A stretch of DNA of 64,000 nucleotides from positions 96,001 to 160,000 of the forward strand of contig OZ253449.1 in assembly GCA_965261345.1 (NCBI GenBank), in the 5' to 3' direction. The notes beneath the pieces are model-generated. The model saw only the letters and a program-made list of their open reading frames with translations, searched no databases and was not told the origin of the DNA. This DNA is from Chloroflexota bacterium (lineage in GTDB: Bacteria; Chloroflexota; UBA11872; VXNJ01). The position numbers and the translations under genes are program-made. Positions 1-9,883 of the stretch are shown here, piece after piece. Every line of letters begins with the position of its first letter. Positions within the stretch are counted from its first letter, which is position 1.

Positions 1-741
1 GCCCACAGTCACACCCGCCAGGCTGGCACCAGCGAGCACGATACCCGAAGCCGCGCAACCGAGGCCCGCCGTGGTGGCCACTGACTGCAGCCCACTTCGT
101 ACTGCCTCATCGGGCGAAGTTCTTTCGTTTACGACGTCAAGTGTCTTCTCGACTGCTGTCACGGGCAGTTCAAGCAATCCGCCGGCTATGCACCCTTGGC
201 CCGTTTTGGCCAGCAAAACAAAGCGTCCGGCCTTCAGGCTGGCGCCGGCGTTATGGGCATTTGCGCGTAGCTTTTCTAGGAATTCCATATCCCTGGCGTT
301 GCGGGCCAGGTTCCAGCGCGGAGATTCGAAGACCAGGTTGTCCAGGTCCGCCGCCAATTGGGGATAGTTCTTCACCGACTGCACGTGGCTGAGGTGCCTG
401 TTGTCAAGGAATTCCAAGATCGCGTGCTCGCCGGCTCCCCTAATCCCAGGTGGTATTTTCCCGGCCACTTCCAATGCCGACAACGCGCCCGCCGTCGCCC
501 GGCGGTTCGCCGACGCTGCCCGCAGGGAAAGCCTGATTTTCACGTCATCCATCGTGCCTAAGGTCGATTCAAAGGATTGTTGGCGCAATTGGGCGATGGG
601 TGCCTGTACGGCCGAAACCACCCGTTGCCACAGCCCGACTTCGGAAGTGTCCTGCTCGGCAGGGGTCGCCGAAGACACGCTTGCCCCCAAAAACAACATC
701 AATGCCACGACAATGGCCTTCGCGGTGTCTAGCGGATCCAT
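1..741 (-). CDS. Partial (runs off window) putative secreted/membrane protein with a GHH/HNH-like motif
   Basis: Manual translation from ATG 741: MDPLDTAKAIVVALMLFLGASVSSA (signal-like) ... RHLSHVQSVKNYPQLAADLDNLVFE ... Gly/Ala-rich hydrophobic tail; open to position 1. Confidence 0.6.
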   Translation of the reverse strand, partial: MDPLDTAKAIVVALMLFLGASVSSATPAEQDTSEVGLWQRVVSAVQAPIAQLRQQSFESTLGTMDDVKIRLSLRAASANRRATAGALSALEVAGKIPPGIRGAGEHAILEFLDNRHLSHVQSVKNYPQLAADLDNLVFESPRWNLARNARDMEFLEKLRANAHNAGASLKAGRFVLLAKTGQGCIAGGLLELPVTAVEKTLDVVNERTSPDEAVRSGLQSVATTAGLGCAASGIVLAGASLAGVTVG

Positions 742-1036
742 ATTTGCAAGTTGACCGTTTTTTCAATGTTCGAACGGCATTCACGGGCCGATCGAGCCGT
801 CGCCACCCTCCAACTAGTCGGCCCGAATCAAACCGGTTAGGGATGTGTGCACTGAGTCGGCCCGGGCAAACAAGGAGGTTAGCGACCGGGGTCACTATAG
901 TCAGATGGTCGGACGGCAAATGCGCGCGGCCAGGCTCAAAAATCAAACTCCTGAGGCCGCAGTTACCAAAAATTATTGCAATTATGTCGAGCGTGTACGT
1001 GGGTTGCGGCTCACCGACGTGCGCCCAACCGCTGGT

Positions 1037-1250
1037 TCAGCGGGTGTTGAAACCGTCAGGAGTTAATCCGGCTTGATGGATGATGCCGCGTAGCACCCCG
1101 GCGACGATCTAGCAGTGTCGCAGAACTATGGCGGTGCGGATCGAGTCAACGTCAGATTTGGCAAATTTAACGTGGTTGCCCTTTTGGTTGACCACTCGAA
1201 ATCAGGCGGATCGGAGTTCGCGGATGACTTGCCGATCAGTGAACTGCTCA
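1037..1250 (-). pseudogene. hicA: HicA mRNA interferase pseudogene
   Basis: TDRQVIRELRSA*FRVVNQKGNHVKFAK...TAIVLRHC*IVAGVLRGIIHQAGLTPDGF; two in-frame stops; directly downstream of hicB. Confidence 0.8.
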
Positions 1251-1454
1251 ACTGGCTTTGACCTCGACTTCTACTTCGTAAATCTGCGGGCGCGAAACGA
1301 CGGTTGGCGGTTCGAAATGAAGCTCGAGGGATTCTTTGAGGTTTTCAAGCGATTCTTCAACGGTGGTGCCTTGGCTGGCGACATCAACACCCAGCGCCTG
1401 CGCCACAAACCATTTGTTTTCTTGGCACACGCCGACGTAGAACTTTTGCTTCAT
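1248..1454 (-). CDS. hicB: HicB-family antitoxin
   Basis: 68 aa, WFVAQALGVDVASQGTTVEESLENLKESLELHFE motif. Confidence 0.85.
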   Translation of the reverse strand: MKQKFYVGVCQENKWFVAQALGVDVASQGTTVEESLENLKESLELHFEPPTVVSRPQIYEVEVEVKAS

Positions 1455-1459
1455 TGGCG

Positions 1460-1822
1460 CTACTCCAACACTGCCGGCGGTTCGGAAGGATCCGAGATTG
1501 CCAGCTCAAGCTGAGCGATCAATCCTGGCAAATCCTCCTGGACCGTACTCCAAACTACGTCCAAGTTGATATCGAAATAGGCGTGTACAAGTCGGTTCCG
1601 CATCCCGACTATCCGCTCCCACGGAATCTGCCGCAACTCCCACCGCGTAGGCTCTGTGACCCCAGTCGCCGCTTCACCGACGATTTCTATATCTTTGACC
1701 AACGCAAGCACAAGTTGGCGGTCACGATCAAGGGCTTGGCGAGGCCGATCCCGCGCGAAGGATCGGGCTTCGCGGGCTGCGTCCAGCATATGCCGCAATC
1801 GAATTTGGTCATGCGTGCGCAT
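1460..1822 (-). CDS. HepT/DUF86 HEPN ribonuclease toxin
   Basis: IEIVGEAA and IPWERIVGMRNRLVHAYFDINLDVVW (RX4HXY); overlaps the MNT stop. Confidence 0.9.
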   Translation of the reverse strand: MRTHDQIRLRHMLDAAREARSFARDRPRQALDRDRQLVLALVKDIEIVGEAATGVTEPTRWELRQIPWERIVGMRNRLVHAYFDINLDVVWSTVQEDLPGLIAQLELAISDPSEPPAVLE

Positions 1823-2516
1823 ACTGGACTTCAGCATCATCGAGAACTTGCTCGCGGAAGTAGGGACTCAGATCCTCAGGGGTTCGCAGGTCCACTTTGC
1901 GGCCGCCGAACAATCTCGACAAATCGATCTCGATGCCAGCTATTCCTAGCAGGCCCGGTACCCGACCGGGTTGGAACTCCACCAACACGTCGATGTCGCT
2001 TTCCGAGTGGAAATCGTCTCGCAATGCCGACCCGAATATCGCCAGCCGGCGTATCCCGTGCGCTTTGCAAAGCGATGCCAATTCCTTTTTTGCGATTGAC
2101 ACGTTGGAGGCCACTGACGACACGTTTTCCTTAACGGGATGATGGCCGTCAGCAATACTGTCCGGGGTAGGGCGGTCGCTTCTGCCAACTTTTGCATCCA
2201 ACACCGCGGGTTTTACCGATCGTTCAATCGCTTCGCCAGAGTTGATTTCCGCGGTACGCAATTCAAAGGCCTGCTGCAGATTCATCCAAAATTGCGCGGG
2301 CATCCCAAAATATCGGGCCAGCCTAAGGGCGGTGTCGGCGGTAACGCCCCTTTGACCATTCAAGATTGCGGTGATCCGATTCGCAGGAACCCCCAGGGCG
2401 GTGGCCAATGCGGTGGCCGACATCTCCAACTCGCGCAGTTCTTCGCCCAGTATTTCCCCTGGGTGGACTGGGCGCATCCCATTCTTGTAGGTCAATTCCG
2501 AAACCTCACTTGGCAC
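1809..2516 (-). CDS. HigA-like XRE antitoxin read in frame into an MNT nucleotidyltransferase (MNT alone probably 1809..2114)
   Basis: N-term MRPVHPGEILGEEL...TALRLARYFG..FWMNLQ (HigA); C-term IFGSALRDDF..SDIDVLVEF (GSX10DXD). Confidence 0.8.
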   Translation of the reverse strand: MPSEVSELTYKNGMRPVHPGEILGEELRELEMSATALATALGVPANRITAILNGQRGVTADTALRLARYFGMPAQFWMNLQQAFELRTAEINSGEAIERSVKPAVLDAKVGRSDRPTPDSIADGHHPVKENVSSVASNVSIAKKELASLCKAHGIRRLAIFGSALRDDFHSESDIDVLVEFQPGRVPGLLGIAGIEIDLSRLFGGRKVDLRTPEDLSPYFREQVLDDAEVQYAHA

Positions 2517-2845
2517 ATTCAGAGACTGCGATGCTTTCCGGATATGCCACCGCCATTCCGTCGGGTCCGGCCGACGGCGGACTTTATTCTAAGCATTATG
2601 TCTTACGTAACGGATAACTGCCAGTGGGCCCGTTTCCTCCAATCCAATCCTTTGCGCCAAGGGTTCGTAATTTATATTGACCCCATTTCGCCCGATGAAT
2701 TCCAGCGGACTATGGGGACAATTCGAGCCTTTGTAGGCTGTAGGTACCGATGATTATGGCTTGTGCCCGGGAACCGGCAAGAAACAGCGCGCTTCAAAAA
2801 CTGTCCCAAGACGGCCAGGTTCCACCACTCTCATCACGCCGTCAA

Positions 2846-4261
2846 TTACCCTGGTTGACGAATTCGGCCGCGCCGATTGCGCGAACGCGGCCGCTCGTTG
2901 GGGCTTGACTCGGCAGAGTTCCTTGCGCTCCAGGACCTATGGCGAAACCGAACTCCCAAGCGGCGAGCAATTTCCCGCCACTTTGGCCCATCGTCTTGTG
3001 TGACGAAGGTTACAGCCTTACCCGCTCGGCCCATCCGCCCGGTACGCCCCACCCGGTGCGTAAAAAGCTGTGCCGAATCGGGGAGGTCGAAGTTGATCAC
3101 CTGGCCAATCCCATCAAAATCCAAGCCGCGAGCGGCAACATTGGTGGCTAGCAGAATCGGCGTTTGGCCAGATCGGAAGTTGGCCATTACTCGCTCGCGC
3201 GCTCTTTGACTCAGGTTTCCCTGCAAGGCGCCGACCTGGTAACCCAGTTCGTCGAGTTTGCGGGCCAGCTTCTTAATGCCGTGCTTGGTCCGGCCAAACA
3301 CTATGAGCGACTCACCATCGCGCTCGTCCAGCAGAGTTTGCAGGGCGCTCAATTTTTGGTCACGACCAATCGTGTAGATGAAATGGGTTACGCTGGGTAA
3401 CGCTTGGAGATCTGCATCTACCCTGACTGTGGCTGGATTTTGGAGGTGCTTGGCCGCTGTTCCTGCCACCCAATCTGGCATGGTCGCAGAATAAAGCGCG
3501 GTCTGGCGGTCGGCTGGCGTGCGACTGAGAATCGCCTCTACATCGCGGGCAAATCCCTGGTCCAGCATCTCGTCGGCCTCGTCAAGCACGAAGAATCTGA
3601 CTGCCCGAAGGTCGAGCGTCCCTTGGCGGAGATGATCAAGCGTGCGGCCCGGGGTGCCGACCACGATCTGCGGTCTCCGTCTTAGGGCATTAAATTCCGG
3701 GCGCGCCGAGCGGCCCCCGTACAGCAGCGTCGAACGCAAACGGCGTGGGAGGGCAAACGTGTCAATGACGCTGGCAATTTGAATCGCGAGTTCCCGGGTG
3801 GGGGTGAGAACCAAAGCCTGCACCCCGCGCACGGATGGATCGCAGCACTCAGTTATGGGGAGTGCGAACGCCAAGGTCTTGCCGGATCCGGTTCGTGCCT
3901 GTGCGATGACGTCACGCCCGGCCAGTAACAGCGGAATCGCTTGTTCCTGGATGGGCGTGGGAATTGCAATTTCCATCGACTCAAGGACCGAGTGCGCGGA
4001 CGGGCTCAAACCCATCGCGGCGAACGTTGCCGCGGGTGCGGCACGACCGTTAACGGATGAAGCTGTATCGAATGCCTCAGGCGACGAAATGTTCTCCGGC
4101 GCTGCGCGGCGTAATGCAAAGCACTCCGCGCAGTAAACCGGGCGGCCCGGCCTCGGCCGGAACCGAACGGTCGTCGCGGTGCCGCAATCGGTGCAGACGA
4201 TGGATTGCCGGGATGAGCGCCCCGGCGAGCGAGGCCGCGTGGGGGCGGACACTGGGGACAT
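2846..4261 (-). CDS. DEAD-box RNA helicase with N-terminal CxxC-x17-CxxC zinc ribbon
   Basis: CTDC..RPVYCAEC; Q motif, ARTGSGKT, PTRELA, DEAD, SAT, HRVGRTGR. Confidence 0.95.
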   Translation of the reverse strand: MSPVSAPTRPRSPGRSSRQSIVCTDCGTATTVRFRPRPGRPVYCAECFALRRAAPENISSPEAFDTASSVNGRAAPAATFAAMGLSPSAHSVLESMEIAIPTPIQEQAIPLLLAGRDVIAQARTGSGKTLAFALPITECCDPSVRGVQALVLTPTRELAIQIASVIDTFALPRRLRSTLLYGGRSARPEFNALRRRPQIVVGTPGRTLDHLRQGTLDLRAVRFFVLDEADEMLDQGFARDVEAILSRTPADRQTALYSATMPDWVAGTAAKHLQNPATVRVDADLQALPSVTHFIYTIGRDQKLSALQTLLDERDGESLIVFGRTKHGIKKLARKLDELGYQVGALQGNLSQRARERVMANFRSGQTPILLATNVAARGLDFDGIGQVINFDLPDSAQLFTHRVGRTGRMGRAGKAVTFVTQDDGPKWREIARRLGVRFRHRSWSARNSAESSPNERPRSRNRRGRIRQPG

Positions 4262-4847
4262 CTAGAAGCTGCTTCCTAATTGCTTTGAATTTCATGAGTG
4301 ATCAAGCGCGGGGCGCGCGGGCGAAGGATCCAATGGGTGGGATCCAGTACTGATGCCCTTCGAAAACGTCGGCACCGATACGGGCGCGCTGCGATTGAAC
4401 TAACCGGCGAATGCCGGAGGACTTGACGCGGAATGTCACCAAGGCGGTTGCGATTGACAGTTACATCCCCACGCGGCGCAAGGTCGCGGTAGAGACGTCC
4501 AACGACTCTGCAAGCCACAGTTTCAGTCGCTATCGATGACGACGATGCGCGATCGCGGGCTACTTTGACCCAATGCGCAGTAACGAGGGGCTACGGCGCT
4601 AGGATTACTTCCGCTTATCAAGCCATATATGCATGCAGATTGTCGCAGTTTGAAGGCTTACGCGGGAGAACCTCTGTCACGGCGCCCGTTTGCCAACGCC
4701 GAGCAGCGATTCCAGCAACCCCTGCGATCAACGTCATTTGATTTGTCCGGTTCCAAAATCATCGGCGCGTACCAAGCCAAAGTAAACGGCGATGCCCAGG
4801 CAAGAAAAGAGCAGATCAGGGTCAGGAGCTTGTCTGAGCGATTGGAA

Positions 4848-5164
4848 TTGACGGCACCACTGTCCAGCAACGTCTCAACATCGTCCAGTCCCGGGATGCT
4901 ATGGCGCTCATGCAGCAATACCGCCGGCAGCTTCCCGGCATCGGCGATCAATGAGTCGTCGTCGAAGTCGACTTAAAGGCGCTTGGCGGCTAAGCGATGT
5001 TGACTTAACCAGTGCTCCCCAGCTCTGGGTCTTGTGGTTCTCGACCAACCGATTGCCCCAGTGATGAGAAAAACCTTTCTGCTTATTTGAAATCGTTCTG
5101 CTCAAAAAGATTTCGGTGGGTTGGCGTTGGATTGCAAACAATGATTATGTCTAGTATTCCCTGT
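4848..5164 (+). repeat. 317-bp direct repeat copy 1; decayed IS1380 left end/N-terminus (minus strand) plus a dif-like arm
   Basis: Identical to 9326..9642; minus-strand DFDDDSLIADAG..NRSDKLLTLI resembles AFDDHRLIANAG..NAGAKLQTLV of the IS1380 at 17.6 kb, and the leaders align. Confidence 0.8.
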
Positions 5165-5493
5165 CGTTCGCCACCGGCCCAACGCAAGCAGTTCATCCAC
5201 CGGATACCGGCTCATTCCCAGGTGATGTCATCCTGTCCGCCTCGTAGCTCGCCGCGCGGCATGCGCGCCGCAATTTCAGATCGACCAGAAGATTCCATTC
5301 ATCGCCATCGGTGCCGCCGGCAACTGCCCCGGACGCGAGTTGTCGGAAGCAATCGCCGACGACATCTCTATGTACAACTGCAAAGCAAGCGTCCGGTCGA
5401 CCGGCGCCGGACTACCGAAGATTTTTGCGGCAACAAAACTCGTGCAACTGCGCGGCGGATGCCGAATCAGATTTCCGCAACCGGTTGAGCCTG

Positions 5494-6783
5494 CTAGAAC
5501 CCTTTTTCAGCACACTGGCGATTGATTTCGTCAATGATTTCACATATATGAATCGATTCGGCGATTGTGAACTGAGGCATTTCCTTTAGTCCGGCAGCCA
5601 TGCAGCGGTGTACCGCCTGCGCCTGATAGGTGAAGCCGTGCTGGTTCCCGTGACCCCACGACCAGCCTTTGTAGGAAATCAATTTTTCACCGGTCCAGCG
5701 TGATCCCGACGGCTGGCCCCGATGGATCGGCGCAGGCGTGGGAACCGGGTACTCGAAGCGCTGTACTTGATTAAAGGCACCGCTAGAGGGATTCTGATCC
5801 TGGTTCCAGTGCGTTGGCCGCCAGTCACCAACCCACCCCCTGCTGGACGTATATTCCATCTCGGGCCTGCCTTCGGCTGCGCGATTGCCGCGACGCGGCG
5901 GACGCCCGGTGGCAATGGTCAACGCGGTTGGGTGATGCGCCGGGGATTCGACCGTGATCCGCCCATTGGTGCCCACAAATTGGGTCTCCTCTTTGAACCT
6001 GCCGGTCGACGAGGTAATCACGCCAATGCCTTTCTGCCCGGTGTATTGCAGAACGGCGGCGCTGGGCTGCGCGAGCGCAGTGCCGGCGAAGGAGGTACCT
6101 TGGCCGGATTCAACGCCAGAGTAATCGTGGGGTTGGGGTTTTCTCCCGGCCGCGGCGATAACCGGGAATTCACCCGCACCGAAGCCGGTGACTGCGGGAT
6201 TGAGCGCATAGACTCCATCCGCGTATTCCGATTGCACAACTTTCAATTCCCCGATATCGCCCCGCTCAAGTGCGGCCCTGGCGTGTTCGATGGCCGGAAA
6301 GAAGCGCAGCCACATCCCTTCCCAGCAAACCACACCGGCCTTCTCGGCGGCGGAATATGCTTCTTTTGCCTGTTCCGCAGTTTCAGTAAACGGCTTTTCA
6401 CACAATACGTTCTTACCGGCGGCGATCGCCATCATAAGGTCACGGTAGTGATCCCGGGTTTTGGAAGAGATGTAGACGATATCGACATTGGGGTCATTAC
6501 ACAGCGCTTCATAGGAGTCGTAGGCCGTAGGAATGCCATGAGCGTCGGCGTATGCCCGTGCCCGATCCATATCCCGGGCTGCATTGGCGACTACGGATGC
6601 TCCAGGCACATCCTGTAGTGATTTGACCCAGTCCGATGAAATCGTCGATGCGGTGATGATGCCCCAGCGAAGTTTGTGATGGATTCCATCTTCGTGGGTC
6701 AGTCCAAGACGGATGTCCATGGGGGTATTCATGGGAAACCCGTTGTACATGTACGGGTCCGCGTTGGCGATATCGATGTCCAT
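5494..6783 (-). CDS. Gfo/Idh/MocA family oxidoreductase
   Basis: LRWGII..., NVLCEKP, EGMWLRFFP; likely start ATG 6783. Confidence 0.9.
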   Translation of the reverse strand: MDIDIANADPYMYNGFPMNTPMDIRLGLTHEDGIHHKLRWGIITASTISSDWVKSLQDVPGASVVANAARDMDRARAYADAHGIPTAYDSYEALCNDPNVDIVYISSKTRDHYRDLMMAIAAGKNVLCEKPFTETAEQAKEAYSAAEKAGVVCWEGMWLRFFPAIEHARAALERGDIGELKVVQSEYADGVYALNPAVTGFGAGEFPVIAAAGRKPQPHDYSGVESGQGTSFAGTALAQPSAAVLQYTGQKGIGVITSSTGRFKEETQFVGTNGRITVESPAHHPTALTIATGRPPRRGNRAAEGRPEMEYTSSRGWVGDWRPTHWNQDQNPSSGAFNQVQRFEYPVPTPAPIHRGQPSGSRWTGEKLISYKGWSWGHGNQHGFTYQAQAVHRCMAAGLKEMPQFTIAESIHICEIIDEINRQCAEKGF

Positions 6784-6827
6784 GATGGCTTCTTTCAGTA
6801 GTTGGTGCAATTGCGAGAGTATTGCAC

Positions 6828-8903
6828 CTAGAAACCAGGCCGAAAAGCCCAAAACGCGCGTCGGGGCTCAAACAGATTAGCAATGACCTCGAAGACCTCC
6901 CTGAGGCCGCCAAACCGATTTAGGACACTCTGGATCGATATTTCGTGGGAATTCTGGGCCCATGCAACGATCGCGCCGGCGGCAACCGCATTTTTAAGAC
7001 CCCGCGCCAAATCCCGATTCGCAGGTCCTTCCATTACCGGCGCAGAAGCTACTTCCCGGCCTTCGGCGACCCCGTTCCGATTGCCCTCCATCGCCATCTG
7101 CGCCGCCTCCCGGCCGTTTGCGGCGGCCGCGGTCAGCCCGGCTTCCCGGCCCGGGTCGGTTCCCGAGGGTTTCCTTTTCCACGACTCCCCTTCGGCAAGC
7201 GTTAGGTTGGCCACCGTGGCCGCCATCAGCAGCTGGAACCCGGCAAGTTGCCTGCCAAAGAACCGCGACTGGCGCACGCCCAGCTGGCAGAGCCTGGCCA
7301 GGCGGTGCTCGACGCGGGTTCTAAGGCGCGCGATCTTTAAGCCTTCCTTACTGCGCTGGCGGATGCGGGCCTGCTGCAGCAGGCGTTCCTGGGGATGGAC
7401 GCTGATGCGGCGGTTGGGTTTGGTCGCAGAGCGTATGCAGGATGTCTTGAGTGGACAGGCCGAGCACTGCTCTTTAGCGAAGTGGAAGAGGCCGGCGCGT
7501 GTCTTGGCGCTGCGCCGGGAGCGCGAGCGGCGGTAATCGGAAGTTATCTGCCCGGCTGGGCAGGTGCAGGTTCCCTTTTCCAGATCGATGGCAAAGTCCT
7601 GCTTTACAAAGTAGCGGCTGGCTGGTTTACCCGGCGCCCTGGCGAAGAGGTCGTACCCGGCGTCGGCGAAGTCCTTGCGGGTGTCGCCAGCCCCGTAGGC
7701 GCAGTCGCCGATGACGATCTCGACTTTGGCGGCGGCGTTCTCTTCGGCCTCCCGCACCAGCGCCAGGGCGCCGCAGTTGTCGGGGGCGTTGCCCGGGATC
7801 ACGTCTACCGCGGTTACCAGGCCGGTTGACAAATCTACGGCGATGGCGGCCTTGTGGCCGGCAAAGCGGTTGGTCGAGCTCTTGCGTCCATGGCGCATCT
7901 GCGGATCGTGCGCCGATATGATCCGGTCGCGTCCGCCCCGGACGATCTCCACTTCCTCGCCATCTGCGCCGTCGGCCGAATCCCTGGCCGCGACACCCCT
8001 GTCTCTGACCGCCACCGGGGCGGGATCGACCTCGCCGGCGTCGGTTCCCGCCGGCAGCAGCAGCCGATCGCGGTCGTCGGGAACCGGTTTTGCCGGTTCC
8101 GCGGGGACGCGTTTTACGTCCTGGAGCAGGATCTGCGACAGCAGCTGCGAGCAGGCCAGGATCTTATCGGCGCGCTTATTGTCGGGAGCAGGGGATTCAA
8201 GCGCGCTGCGGGCCCTTGCCAGCAGCGAGTCGGCGTCTCTGACGATCCGCCCCAGGAACCGGCGGCGCTGTTTACGGTCCGGCCAGTCGATGGCGACAGC
8301 GCCCTTCAGGCTCTTGCCGGCATGCAGGTTGTAGCCGTGTTGGCGGGCCCACTCTTTGGGGTCTTGGCCATCCTGTTCGGCCAGGGCGCCGACCAGCAGG
8401 CGGCAGCCGTCCCCGATCAGGTTGTAGGCGTCCCGCACCGCGCCCCTGCCCAGGATGGCGGTGGTATCGATCGCCAGCTTCATGCTCTGGCCCTTGAAGA
8501 AGCCCTTTTTGCGGGCGTGCTGCAGGGAGCGGCGAAATATCCCCCGCGCCCTGCCGTGAACGATCAGCTGCGAGCGAAACAGCTGCAATGTGGACTTGGC
8601 GAACGCGCGTTCTTCCAGCTCGGTCCCCAGCGCCACCTTCCAGCGCAGGTCGTAGTCGGCCCGCTGCTTGGCCTCGTTGTCAGAGACCTTATCGTGGGCC
8701 TGCAGCAGGAGAACGGTGGCCAGCAGCGAGGGCGCCACGCTGGGGCGGCCGTTGTCGGCGCAGTAGAGATCGGCGAAATCTTCGTCTTTGAACAGCTCTC
8801 CCCGCATGCCCGCCAGGCGGCCGTAGAAGGTATCGCGTCCTACGTAGTCAAGGTGCAGGCCGTCGGTCTGGAAGAAGCCCTTTTGGGCATGGGTCCCCAG
8901 CAT
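6828..8903 (-). CDS. IS1182-family transposase
   Basis: YCADNGRPS, AIDTT, GDCAYG, CTCPAG, CSACPLK..C, RTRVEHRLARL. Confidence 0.9.
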   Translation of the reverse strand: MLGTHAQKGFFQTDGLHLDYVGRDTFYGRLAGMRGELFKDEDFADLYCADNGRPSVAPSLLATVLLLQAHDKVSDNEAKQRADYDLRWKVALGTELEERAFAKSTLQLFRSQLIVHGRARGIFRRSLQHARKKGFFKGQSMKLAIDTTAILGRGAVRDAYNLIGDGCRLLVGALAEQDGQDPKEWARQHGYNLHAGKSLKGAVAIDWPDRKQRRRFLGRIVRDADSLLARARSALESPAPDNKRADKILACSQLLSQILLQDVKRVPAEPAKPVPDDRDRLLLPAGTDAGEVDPAPVAVRDRGVAARDSADGADGEEVEIVRGGRDRIISAHDPQMRHGRKSSTNRFAGHKAAIAVDLSTGLVTAVDVIPGNAPDNCGALALVREAEENAAAKVEIVIGDCAYGAGDTRKDFADAGYDLFARAPGKPASRYFVKQDFAIDLEKGTCTCPAGQITSDYRRSRSRRSAKTRAGLFHFAKEQCSACPLKTSCIRSATKPNRRISVHPQERLLQQARIRQRSKEGLKIARLRTRVEHRLARLCQLGVRQSRFFGRQLAGFQLLMAATVANLTLAEGESWKRKPSGTDPGREAGLTAAAANGREAAQMAMEGNRNGVAEGREVASAPVMEGPANRDLARGLKNAVAAGAIVAWAQNSHEISIQSVLNRFGGLREVFEVIANLFEPRRAFWAFRPGF

Positions 8904-9025
8904 GTCTCCACCACCCGGCAATGCTATGTTTTTATCAATGGAAAGGCTCCGCAAGATGCCTGTTGATATTTTATATGTTTGATGACGGATTAGCCCTTTG
9001 TACAGGGGCTTTTCGGCCGGGCTTC
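6831..9025 (-). mobile_element. IS1182-family insertion sequence
   Basis: Terminal IRs gaaaccaggccgaaaagccc / gggcttttcggccgggcttc, each within a CTAG context. Confidence 0.85.
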
Positions 9026-9124
9026 TAGCGTTCAGCGCCTGTGTACCGTGTTGTCGCAGGATTCAGGAAACCATGGGGTACGGCCCATTTATGTCCACGG
9101 AGAGGCACTCGGAGCAGCGGGGGG

Positions 9125-9195
9125 CTCTTTCGGATTCGATCCAGCACCCATCCATTCTTCTCTAGTAACCGAATCGCATCGCGAACTCTCGGCAC
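9125..9195 (-). pseudogene. HicA N-terminal fragment
   Basis: VPRVRDAIRLLEKNGWVLDRIRKS, after which similarity is lost. Confidence 0.5.
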
Positions 9196-9325
9196 TAAGC
9201 ACGCACGTTGGTCATTCTTGATCGATTGGCCGGGCGATTGCAATCCGTCTGTGGGCGGCAACGAATAAGGGCCTGTTGAAACAATCTCGACCTAGACAGG
9301 CCTGAATGCGGTTTCTACCATGGAG

Positions 9326-9642
9326 TTGACGGCACCACTGTCCAGCAACGTCTCAACATCGTCCAGTCCCGGGATGCTATGGCGCTCATGCAGCAATACC
9401 GCCGGCAGCTTCCCGGCATCGGCGATCAATGAGTCGTCGTCGAAGTCGACTTAAAGGCGCTTGGCGGCTAAGCGATGTTGACTTAACCAGTGCTCCCCAG
9501 CTCTGGGTCTTGTGGTTCTCGACCAACCGATTGCCCCAGTGATGAGAAAAACCTTTCTGCTTATTTGAAATCGTTCTGCTCAAAAAGATTTCGGTGGGTT
9601 GGCGTTGGATTGCAAACAATGATTATGTCTAGTATTCCCTGT
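9326..9642 (+). repeat. 317-bp direct repeat copy 2
   Basis: Identical to 4848..5164. Confidence 0.9.
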
Positions 9643-9668
9643 TGAACACAAACTCAATTACGTCAACT
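9641..9668 (+). other. dif-like XerC/XerD site
   Basis: gttgaacacaa-actcaa-ttacgtcaact (11-6-11). Confidence 0.55.
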
Positions 9669-9883
9669 TGAACTCCCGCTCGATCGAGCCCGGTGTGCCG
9701 CAATTCGGAAGTGCGTTCATTGCAATCCAATTGCCGCAATTGAGCGCGGCTCTTTGAACCCAAGTTTTCGCCCAACCAGCGCGATCAATGGCCGGCGCCC
9801 GATTAGCCTGCGGGCGCATTGGCACTGACGGATTGCCGGGAAGATTCGCGGGCCGGGAATCGTACGCCGGCCCCATAAATGAG

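Noticed and set aside
7854-8966. Long antisense ORFs over transposases and enzymes (also 5722..6618, 1454..2134, 43320..44228)
   Set aside because: Shadow frames of GC-rich genes with no recognisable motifs
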